64,000 bases of DNA, from contig JARDVH010000025.1 of assembly GCA_030324005.1 (NCBI GenBank), positions 118,553,169-118,617,168 on the forward strand, read 5' to 3'. The notes under the pieces are model-generated. The model worked only from the letters and a program-made list of their open reading frames with translations. It had not been told where the DNA came from and did no database searches. Position numbers and translations under genes: made by a program. Position 1 is the first letter of the stretch. Every line of letters begins with the position of its first letter. This document shows, piece by piece, positions 52,022 to 63,229 of the stretch. This DNA comes from Negaprion brevirostris (lineage: Eukaryota).

Positions 52022-53679
52022 CTGCAGGGATCGGTGCTGGGNNNNNNNNNNNNNNNNNNNNNNNNNNNNNNNNNNNNNNNNNNNNNNNNNNNNNNNNNNN
52101 NNNNNNNNNNNNNNNNNNNNNNNNNNNNNNNNNNNNNNNNNCTTATTCTGGCGCATAACCATCTTCCAAAACACACGACCAATTCTCTCACTCTCACACA
52201 TAAAAAATATATCCTCACTCACAAACACACAAAGGAAGGGGAGTGGGGTGGGGTGTGGGGACGACGTGAAGTAAAAACGGGTGAGGGGAAATGGGGAGGG
52301 AGAAAGGTGTTTGGATAAGGGTGAAGGAAGTGGTTGGATGTTACAGGCAACCTTAATCTTCCCTGCATACATCAAACGCACAAAAATAACATGTGTAAAA
52401 CTTCAAACAAAAAGCACAATGTTCAAGCTGTGGTGGAAATTGACTCATGATTTTCAATCTGCTTTTGATCCTGTAATGCCTATCAAAGCAATTGTTCACG
52501 TCACCTTGCAGGAGACGTGTATCTGACGTCTGAAGGGACAGACGTTCCGAAAGCATTTAAACTAGCCATGTTTCATAAGAATCAATGGCACACTCAGGGA
52601 GCCTTAAAATTGAGATAAACGTTATCGAAGACTTGCATGCAATACCTTAAGTAATACACTTCCATGAAATATTTGAATCAGCGAAATGACACGAGGAGAA
52701 ATATTGCGTTAGGGACACTCTTAAAATATTAACTCAAGTGACGGAAGTTTTGGTACCATTGTTGGTCAGTGCTTCAAATAACGGCAGGTTGCATAACAGT
52801 ACATAAGAGGCACACAACAGTGCATGTGGCTCTCTTTCAGCGCACATGTGCATGTACCAGGACTTCAGTGTTGCACAACCGACGTAAGGTAGCATTCCAA
52901 TCACAAGTAGTAGACCAGAGGCACGCACACATGGAAACACACACATGCGTCCTGAAACGCACACAACGGTACACACACACACAGACGCACACACTCGTTC
53001 ACAAACACACACACATAGTGATCTTCATAGCACCGCAGTTCCGAGAGTTGTTCAAGAATATGCTGAATTGTATCTTCATTCTATCAGAGCAAAGAATGTA
53101 ACAACCCAACAGGAGAAAGTCTGCATGTGGTCGAGTGATGTGATTCTATCTTTCTTTACAAGCAAAGAGTTCTGTGGATTTGATGAGAGCATGTGAAGTG
53201 ATCAGCTCTGCCATTTTATTGTTGTTATCAATAGGTTGTTACATGGAATAGTCATGCCATTTGGGGCATCCAGGAAAATAATGGCTGTGGTGAAAGTCCT
53301 CTTTCCCCTTTAGAACAAATGCAAGTTTTAGAGCCAAGTTTTCATGTTGAGAAATGCCCTTCTCAATTCATGGTTGGCGAGCAAATGTCTTAACAATCAC
53401 ATGTTTACCTGTCTTGCCTGTACTGCATATTCCAATTGTTGCCAATAATGGTACAGACCACGTTGCTCCAGAATGTTCCAAGTCTTTGTAATTTGCCAAG
53501 CCACCTGCATCTTGTGGAATAGATTAAGCAGAGAAAATTCCTTTGACGTCAAGTTTATCAGAACGACTTGAATGTTTGTGTTGGGGATAGGATTAGTAGG
53601 TTTGAGAATGGCAGAAGGACTGGCCGGGTCGTTAGAGTGAGGTTGTGTGTCTTGAGCTACTAGAAGACATACGCAATGG

Positions 53680-54485
53680 TCAAATTGGAGATACGTGGCA
53701 GATGAATTTTAACCCTGAAACGTTTGAGACGATATACTTTGGAAGGATTTGACAAGAACGCATTTAATGAATGGTATGACTCTCGTGTGTTCTATGAAAC
53801 GAAGTGATCTTGATGTGTTTGTCCTCAGATCCCAAAAGGCAGAAAGGCAGGCTAGAAGGGTGGTGAAAAGGGCATAGGGAACAGTTTCCCACATTGGTCG
53901 AGGCATACAAAAACAGGGAAGTCACGTTGAAATTGTATAGACCTTTGGTGAGACAACAGCTAGAGTACGGTGCACTGTCCTGTCTCCACATTATAAGAAA
54001 GATGTGATTTCACTGGAGGAGGTGCAGACGCTCCCTGGAATGGAACGCTTAAGTTATGAAGAGAGGTTGGCTTTGTTTTTTTTTGCAACAGGGAAGGCTG
54101 AGGGGCAACGTTATCCAGGTGTGCAAGATTATCAGAGACATGGACAGAGTGGAAAAGCAGAAACTGTTCCCCTTTGTCGAAGGGTCAGCCAAGGTATGAC
54201 ATAGGGTTACGTTACAGGGCAAGGGGTTCGGGGGATATGAATAATTTTCCCAGAGAGTCCTGAAGGTCTGGAATACGTGCGTGGGAGGTTAGGGGGAGAG
54301 GAGCGGATTTCTTCCCATCCTTCAAAACATACCTGGATAAGCACATGGCACGTCGTGACATTCAAGGCTATGGACCATGTGGTGCTCGATAGGATTAAGT
54401 AGGAGTGCAGGTATTCCTCGTGTTTTGGTGCAGACTCGATTGGTCGAATGGCCTCTTCTGCGCTGAATGACTCGATGATTCTAAT
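53680..54485 (+). mobile_element. CR1 LINE 3' fragment
   Basis: WQMNFNPE, LKLYRPLVRQQLEYG, LSYEERL motifs; tail ggtgcagactcgattggtcgaatggcctcttctg. Confidence 0.8.
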
Positions 54486-54764
54486 TTCCTCAGCTACTTA
54501 TCTGCCTGTAAACTGCTTGAGACCCTTCACAGCAAGCAATCAAATTGTCTGTTCTGTTCCAGAAGCTTTCCTATGTAGATTGCAAATGCCAACTGACAAT
54601 GCCGCGTCACCAAAGTTTTAAGTGAGTACTAAAAATTTATCTGGAATTCTGCCGAGAAAGATTTCCACCATATTATCCCCAAATCCACTCAATGTCACCT
54701 CCTCCAGACATTTCAGGTGCGGTAGCTGTGCTGGGGATGAGGAAGCTTTTCACATCATAACAAT

Positions 54765-55062
54765 TTTTTGTTAGTAGTGTTACAAGTATGCTTACACTAA
54801 CACTGCAATGAAGTTACTCTGATAATGCTACAGTCGGCACACTCTGGTGCCTGTTTGGATAAACGGAGGGATAATTTAGCATGGCCACATCTAACAAGCA
54901 CAACTTTTGAACTGTGGGGGGAAGCCGGAACACCCGGAGGAAACCCACGCAAACATGGGGGAAACGTACAAACTCCACACTGATAGTGATCCAAGCTGTG
55001 AATCTAACCCGGGTCCCTGGTGCTGTGAGGCAGCAGTGCTTACCGCTGTGCCACGGTGCCGC
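54765..55062 (-). mobile_element. HE1-type SINE
   Basis: cacccggaggaaacccacgca, cccgggtccctggtgctgtgaggcagcagtgct..ctgtgccac. Confidence 0.85.
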
Positions 55063-57902
55063 CACACTGAATGTTCCTTTCCAACGAATGTCTGGAGACA
55101 TTTGCAATTTTATTGCGTGTATTTCATTGAGAGCAGTTCCATTTCATATTTTTTTCTCTGCTCTATGTTCTTTTCCCAGGGATGCACAGCGTGTTATGGT
55201 TCAACTGCTGCACTACCCTTAACTCTGTGAAAGGAGTTTTTTGGTCTGCCACCGGACTTCTGGCCACCCACTGAAAAGAGCTGGACTAGCAACTTCCAGG
55301 ATCCTGGATTACCTGATGAGGGGCGAATTCAGGCGAAGCACAGAGGCCGCAGAGTGGCAGCTCAGAACGTTCACCAGTTGGTGTTCAAGCGCAACATAGT
55401 CAGGGCCTGGAAACTTTGTCGAGGCCCTCAGGCTGCAGACCCAGTATATGATGTATCTTGTAAATGTTAACTTGTTACAACTATATTGTGCGAACTTCAA
55501 GTGGATTCTGCATGATGATAGGTTGAATGTTCCACTCTTCTGCAATGGGCAATTTGAAATGATGGTAATGTAATATTGCAAATTTAATGAATAATGTATT
55601 AATTTCGTAACAAGAAAAAAATGAAACGGGATCTGGGGCGCTTTTGTCCATAAAGATTAGAAAATTCATTAGGGTTTNNNNNNNNNNNNNNNNNNNNNNN
55701 NNNNNNNNNNNNNNNNNNNNNNNNNNNTGATTGAAGAAAAGCACAGTAGAATGGCTTGAATCGATTTGTTTGTAATGCACAGTTTTGGAGTAATGGGCAA
55801 AGCCAAGTAGCACACTGGCGAAAATGATCGGAAATCTTGAGATATCGGTACCTGGAATTCACTGCCTATAAATATGATGAAAGTAAATTCACGAATAACT
55901 TTCAAAAGATAATATTGCAAATAGCTAAAATGTAAACTCGTAACAGTCGGTCGAAGGGAAGTGGTAACACAGGGACAAATTACATAGCTCTTGCAAAGAG
56001 GCAGTGCGGACAAAATGGGTTAAGTATTCTTATTATTTTCGTCCTCAGTCTCTGATTCAAAATTGAGGGCAGGGAGTGAAACTCGAGATACAGTCAATGA
56101 GAGAGCCAAAGAGCCAGAGAGAGGGAAACATAAATTACAAGACTGATAAGTCGCCACAAGCTCAAATATTTGCATTTCATCCAAATCTGAGGCTGATAAT
56201 GAGTCACAATCATTACGCAATGAATTGTGGAGTGCCAGGCATACTGTAACTTGGACAGAGCGGGAAGCATAGTTCATGGTAGATTTGGACAAGGCTAATT
56301 GATATTTTCACAGTTCACATGACAGTACTAGCGGAAATAGCTGCACTACAAGATTTGCTACCTTTCCTGCTTCAGATTCTACCTCAATCCATTTGCTGCA
56401 GTGGAAGCTTCGACTGAGGTCAGGAGAAACACGTAGGCTACAATGTATACCCAGACTTCTGTCCCCATCGGTAAGCACCTCATTCTCGGGGGCACAGAAG
56501 GACTATTTCATCAATCTGTGTTCAAACTGATTAATAGACTTGCTGAGCATCTGCCCGGTGTGAGCGAAGGTGACTTCCTCCATTATGAAGCAGCTGGATT
56601 CTTTATCAGGATAACGCATTTGCATTCCTGGTACTGCTAACCCTCAGTGTCCATTCTTTTTGTCCATTAGCAATGAAATGATGCTATTGTGTACATATAT
56701 GTTTTGCAGTCAGCATTTGGGCACTCAGGTGCAAAAGATTGACCAGAAATTCAATCTGTCTCCGTTGCAAGTGACAATCAGAACCTCTCTATCAATATAA
56801 CTTCTGTCACTAAGGGGGAAGAGCCTCTGAGCTGGAGTATTTGGGGGTAGTCCAAAGGGCAGATTGATATACTAAATTGATATACTGAAATGCATAGATC
56901 ATCTCTTACTTGAATAGTTGAATGCTATGTTTGTTAAAATGTTTACCTCGTTTTTTAAAAAAAAATTCAAATAGATGATTTATGTCCAAGGGGATGTTGT
57001 CATATGTCTCAGGTGAAACTAAAGGGAAACTTGGCATCCAAGTTGAAGGGATGTTGAACTCTGCAGAACAGGCCCTAAAAGACATTTATCTACAACCTCT
57101 CACGGTTACAGGCTTCCAGGATATATTCATTGATGCCTGGTTGCTGTAATATGAAACAAAATGATATCTTCTGTGTGGTCAAACACAAGATTCTGCTTAA
57201 TGCATTGAGAGTTTATTTTTTAGTTCCTGAATCTTTCTGCATTTACAGGCTGGCCCACGTTTCATTTCGACAATCCTCCTAGCTGCATAAACTCATTCCA
57301 TTTCATGCTTTATGTACTTGGTAACATCTGTGACCTTTACTTTCGGGAGCCTAAGATCAAAGCCACCTAGAGGCACAGAGTGAAAAACGAAACCTGAAAA
57401 AAGGGGTCAGGTAAATATTTACAGTGAGTAGATCTCAGGGACAAATAACATTGTGGTGAGCTAAATAAAAGTCCGAGGTCATGGAGAGTTTGGCGATTAA
57501 CACGATCTGGACTCAGAAATCAGGCCTGAGTTCACAGCATTTGTGAACATTCCAGTTTGCAGAGGTGGTGAACAGACTGGCTCAGTTTCAGAGATTGGCC
57601 AGATAAAGGTGTAGGATTAACAGTTAGGTTACAGAGACCGTGGCTTTCCAATAATCTAATTGATAAGAGAAGTAATGCACTGGATGATGATTCACAGACA
57701 GAAAAGCACCAGGAAAATCACCAGAAACAACACCAAGCAAGTGCAGTGTGAAAATAAAAGTCTAACACAATTAGTAATATTCAATCGAGTTAATGTGGAC
57801 TCAACAAAATCAAGGAGAGTAGCAACAGAGCAAAGCAATTGACAGTAACATAATGCATTAAAACATACTTTATAAAATTCAGAACTTGATGAAGAGACTT
57901 AC

Positions 57903-58104
57903 CAGGCGCAGCAACAATAGCCAAGGTTGGATAGTAAAAAAACTGTATCGCTAACAATGCATAATAGACCCGATCAGCAAATGTTGTCCACCGATCATCT
58001 GCAGAAATTTTGTTAATTACCGAATACAAACTTCTGTCCATCCTTGTAGCGTTCCAACTTATTTTTCTCAAATTTCGATTCATCATTCTATAATTCCAAT
58101 CCAT
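57903..58104 (-). CDS. GPR139-like GPCR coding exon 1 with long N-terminus (67 aa), most likely exon 1 of gene E
   Basis: MDWNYRM...ALLAIQFFYYPTLAIVAAP, donor G|GTAAGT at 57903/57902, phase 1, compatible with acceptor at 42262 (15.6-kb intron, 367 aa); N gaps in between could hide another exon 2. Confidence 0.8.
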
Positions 58105-58250
58105 TGTTCACAGATAGTTTTATAATATTCCAATCTATTGCTCTCAATACTGATCAATCCTCTTCCCCCTTCTAAAGCTGCTGAAGCTCGCCAGTGCCTG
58201 AGTTGATGCTCACATGGGCTTTATGGGGCAACAATTAGGAACAAGTCCCT

Positions 58251-58328
58251 TATTCATAGAAAAATTAACCCCCCAGTGATACAATTAAGACCCGTTGAGA
58301 CTGGCATTAGTTATAGTCACTGAACAAA
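58251..58328 (-). promoter_or_regulatory. Putative proximal promoter of gene E
   Basis: Sense strand: TAACTAATG (58313-58305), TAATTG (58287-58282), TCACTGGGGGG (O/E-like, T at 58279), TATGAATA (58258-58251); alignable with 21273-21349. Confidence 0.6.
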
Positions 58329-59089
58329 CAAGTTGTGTTAACTCCTTTCCGTCCACATTTTTAAATCCCAATAAAAGTGAATAGGTTTGCTAATCAGGAT
58401 AATGGGGAAAATCCGTTGGCCGGGATTGTTTTAACCTCCTTGTGTATGAGATAAGGAACAAACTACATGAGGTTGTAAATGATCCATCCCGTTAAAAATG
58501 ATAGATGATCAAACCTGGATCTACAAAGCAGTCAAAATAACGTCTCTGGTCAGAAATATATGACAATCAGTCGGGATCACTTACTGTCACATCGTGCCTA
58601 ATTCATTAGACGGATTAACTAATTAATTAATTACTGGAGAATGGTAAGTACGAAATTTGCTTAATACATGATCTGAGATACTTTGCAAGTACATTTGCCT
58701 TGAAGTAAGCCACATGTGTCGGATCATGCATCATTGAATGGACTTGTCATAGAATTGCAAACCTGGGATTAAATACATCAGCAGCGTTTATANNNNNNNN
58801 NNTGAGGAGGAAGACAAACGTGAAAAAATTGTGACCCATGGTTCTTCAGGGAGCAGGAGAGATAGGCAACATTTCCTATTGGGGTAGCATGATGATCAAA
58901 GCAGCAGTAAATTGGCTAAAGGGAAAATGTCATCAGCAGAGGATGGCTACTTTAGCTCACCTTCCATAGTGAAATAATCTTCAACTGAAAAGATTGAGCT
59001 AATGTAACACACATTAGGACTCACAAAGACAATAAAATAATCAAAGTAAACGTTGGACAAGTCCAAGGTCCGAGGGCTTTCAACCACGT

Positions 59090-59810
59090 CCGACGAATGC
59101 ACCTGTTCACTGCTCTCACTGCTCTCAACCACTACCTTCGCACTCATAAACAGTCACCTATAAATGTTCTCCCATAAATGTACACCTCCCCCCACAAGTC
59201 TCCATGTTGAAATGATCATCCTCTGCCATTACTGCCTACTCCACATGGTGCCACCGCCAAACAGATCTTCCTCTCTCTCCCCTTGTCAGCAGTCTGCAGA
59301 GAGCATTCTGTACATGACACACTGGTTCAAAACTCCAACGCACCCAGCATCTCACCGCTTGCCCACAGTACCTTCCCGTGCGATCCTGCAAACTTCAACA
59401 CCTGCCCCTTCACCTCTTCCCTGCTCACTATGCCAGGCCCAAAACACTCTTTTCAGGTGAAGCAGTGCTCTTTCAACACAGCATCCTGCTGTCCTTGCGA
59501 CATGTCCATTTTTGGTCTGCTACAGTGTTTCAGTGAATACTAAACGAAACTGATTGTAAAACACCTCATTTTCTGACTGGGAACTGTGCAATCTCCTGGA
59601 CTGAGCATTGACGACAAGTTAAAGCAGGGTTTCTACTTAATCTCCATGCTATTTCTACTTATTCTGACTTATGTCATTCATTTTTGTATTTTATTAATCA
59701 ATTATCATTACTTTGTATTATCTGCATTTTTTTTTGTAAAACATTCTATCTTTATATATTTCTCCATTTCCATCTTGTCCCCACCCCTCTCTCCTCCCAC
59801 TCCGGTAAGG
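59090..59810 (+). mobile_element. Penelope-like element remnant (RT-endonuclease linker), different subfamily
   Basis: PTSLHVEMIILCHY..PLSAVCREHSVHDTLVQ..STFPC....NTCPFTSSLLTMPGPKHSFQVKQ..KHLIF*LGTVQSPGLSI. Confidence 0.75.
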
Positions 59811-59999
59811 CCATCAAAACAAAAACGATGCCGCGTTTGTCTCTATCACGTCTAATCTCAGTGTGGATATCAGAGAATATAAATGGCGACTCTAATGCCC
59901 AATCAGGAATTCCACTCTATAACTTTATTATGAACTCACTGATAAGGTGATTCCACTGTTTGCCTGTGACTTGACTAGCCTCAAGGAACACAGAAAAAA

Positions 60000-61330
60000 T
60001 AATAATCACAGCACAGGAACAGATGCTTCGACCCACCGAGCCTGTGCCAACTCATTACTTCTTTCTCAGCAAAAGACTTTTGCCAGTATGCAATCTATAA
60101 TTTTTCTATTCCTTGTCTATCAAAGTGTCTGTCAACGTGCTTTTTAAACATTGTTGTTGCGTCTAGTGCTCCCAGTTCATCTGGCACCATATTCCAAGTA
60201 TTTTTCACTTCTTTGTTAAAAACTTGCATCTCATAGCTCCTTTAAACTGTTTCTCTCTTTCTGTAAGCCTATATGCTTTAGTAATTGATATGTCTACCCC
60301 GGGGTAAAATATTCCAACAATCCATTCTCTCTATGTTTCTCATTATTTTGTAAACAGTTGCCAGTCCCTTCCTAGACTTCGAATTTCAAGTGAAATCAAA
60401 TCAAATTTATCCTATTGCTCCTCATAGGTGATAACCTCCAAACTAGGTAACATTTTGTTATAAGGGTTCAGCAATTGATTTTACACATTTCCCTCCTGTA
60501 TTAGAACTTCTAAATGCATAATCTTACATTTGTCTGAATTAAATTCCAATAATAATTTCTCCACTCGAATACATACCTATAAACTGCTGTATCCTCTTGA
60601 GATCCTCCACACTATCCGCAGCTCTCCCAATGTTTGTGTCACCTGCAAATAAAATGTGTCATCTGCAAACAAAATGATCAGGCCACCTGCATTCTCTTCC
60701 AAATTGTTCTGCCTCTGCCTGCGGTCTATGACCAAATCTGTCATTCATACATTTTGGCAGCTCACTGTTGCTTCCATGCGACTTCACCCCTTCACCAGCT
60801 TGCCATGGGAATCATTGTCAATGAATTTGCTGAAGTCCATGTAGACAACATCAAACACATGCCCCTCATCAGTCTTCTTTATAACTTCCTCAAACAAATC
60901 AATCGAGATTATAAAAAGGTTTTTGCCCGCATTAAACGTTGCTGTTTCTCACTAGTAAGTCATATTACTTCCAATTGTTGGTAAACTCTGGCCCAAAGAA
61001 TTATCTCCAAAATGTTTTTCTGCCACTGACGTACGGCTTACCAGCCTGGAGTTTCCCAGAATTTTCCTGTTACGCATCTTTTAAAACAATGAAAATCAAT
61101 GACTGTTCTCCAGTTCTCTGGTATGTTTCCTGTGACTAAACAGGATACCATGATTTTATCCAAGCCCCCAACAATTTCCTATCTCGTTTCCCTCAGCATC
61201 ATATGATTGATCCCATCAGGCCGTAGTGATTTGTTTCAACGCTTTTCAAAACACCCAACATATATTTCTTTTTTTATATAAATTGACATGCACTACAATA
61301 TCAACATGCTTCTCTATAGACTCAACCATC
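60000..61330 (-). mobile_element. Old CR1 LINE, reverse orientation
   Basis: tttgtgtcacctgcaaat (reverse FADDT), ttgtcaatg..tttgctgaagtccatgtagacaacatc (reverse DVVYMDFSKAFDK), tcccatcaggcc (reverse GPDG). Confidence 0.8.
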
Positions 61331-61708
61331 TGTATGCTCTTTTCATTTGTACACGGATGCAAGGTATTCATTAACGACCTCACACACTTCACCAAACTCC
61401 ACGAATAAACTCCTTCTTTTGTCATTTAATTGTGAAGAGGTTGAATGGCCATTGGGTGAAGCAATCATGGCATGAAATGCTTTTACAGAAACAACCATGC
61501 ATATATTGCACAGAAGGGTTTTCATTTGTTCTGGACAGTAGATGTTATTCGAAATATAATTCTGGAAAGAAATTCTACTACAACCAAAGCTATCGTCCTC
61601 AAATAGCAAATTGCCATCTGCAAACTTATCAAACATAAAGGAAATTTGACATTGGGGAATTATGAAATGGCCGTTGGTGAGGTTTCAAAAGGATACCATG
61701 CTGGGCAC

Positions 61709-62580
61709 TCTGATGTTAGCATATCTTTAAAAAGTGTTTTTTTAAATGAAATACTGATTTCTGCAGTTGTAAGCATGTCTTCTTAGTTTTTCTTTTCCTC
61801 TCTCAGTGTTGCAGAGTTCTCTGAAGAAGTCATATTATTGTTATTTAAATATGATTTTGTTTATTTTTACGATGGGCTTCAAGAACTTTCTGAGATTATT
61901 TGTTTGACCCTACATTTTCGGAGGAACTTTGGTGGCGGATGATGTGTTCTTGACAGATTTTGTTTTGTTTCCTCGGGGTTTCATTTTCTGTTTTGGCTGG
62001 CTGCATTTTTTTATCTTTAGAAGAGACATCAAGCTGAAAGTACGTGGATCTGTCTCTCCATCGTTTGGGATACTTTGCTGGTTTGCTGAAGGCAAGGCTT
62101 CTTGATTTCCTGGAGTAGAGAATCTGCTGTGTGTAGTTCAGTCATATTCTCTCCCTCGTCTTCTGGGAAGCTATTCTGACTCCAAACGTATGTTTGTGTT
62201 CCTCAGCAGAACTGTAGCATCCATCCAAAGGACTCACTTCTAGTATCACATGAGCAATAGTATTTGCTGTGTTATACATGTGAACGGGATTTGTGTATGG
62301 GTTTTGTTTGATTGGAACATTTTAGATATCCTTGTTAAGGATTATACATTATCGTGATTGTTTTGTTCTTGTCTGTAATTGATGAAAGTTATTGCTAAAT
62401 TTCTTTGAATACATGTCACCTATATTGAAAAATAAATCTGTTTGATAAAAGTTCCCTCGTGTTTCATTTGAATCAAACCTGAGTTGAAACATATCCTGAT
62501 TACCCTGGCCAAATTCTGTGTGTAAATCTGATGATCCACGTGGGATCCATAAAACGCTTGGAGTTTCTGACCTTGTTACA
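61709..62580 (+). mobile_element. Solo LTR-like element
   Basis: Ends ttggagtttctgaccttgttACA, AATAAA at ~62431; both ends homologous to 16209-16894. Confidence 0.55.
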
Positions 62581-63229
62581 GGGGTCCCCCATGCCAGTAC
62601 AGAGAGATGCAAACAGCTGGGAATTCTGATGACCCCGGCTTTTGATTTGAGTTACGTGGACATGGGCTGTTTGAGTGTGCTAAGTGCTTAGCTTAATGCG
62701 AATTCCACTTATTACTAAAATATGCAAGAAGGTATGTGAGTTTCAGTTCTTGTGTGCGGCCAGAATTTTTGTGGTACAGTTGAATGAGTGGTGCATTGTA
62801 TCAAGGAGCACGTCGCCGCCTTGTGGACTGTGATTGCATATATTCGTTGGTCAAATCCAGATTCCCAAGACACAGGTATTTATTCTTGAAAAAATCAACA
62901 ACAGATGAGGGCATGTACCTACTATATAGTAGTCCCTTGCCTCGTAATCACTGCATACAGGATTCTGGCATTTAGCCAAAACAAATTTTCCACTTATNNN
63001 NAAAATATGCAAGAAAACATGTGAATTTCAGTTTCTGTGGACGGCCAGAATGCTAGTGGTACATTTGAATGAGTGGTGGATTGTATGAAGGAGCACGTCG
63101 TTAGACGTTCGCATTAAGCTCAGCACTAAGCACACTCAAACAGCCCATGTCCACGTAACTCAAATCAAAGGCCGGGGTTATCAGAATTTCCAGCTGTTTG
63201 CATCTTTCTGTACCGGCATGGGGGACCCC
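62581..63229. repeat. 122-bp inverted repeat pair enclosing a ~112-bp direct repeat pair
   Basis: 62581-62702 versus reverse complement of 63108-63229 (7 mismatches by eye); 62704-62815 repeated at 62988-63100. Confidence 0.9.
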
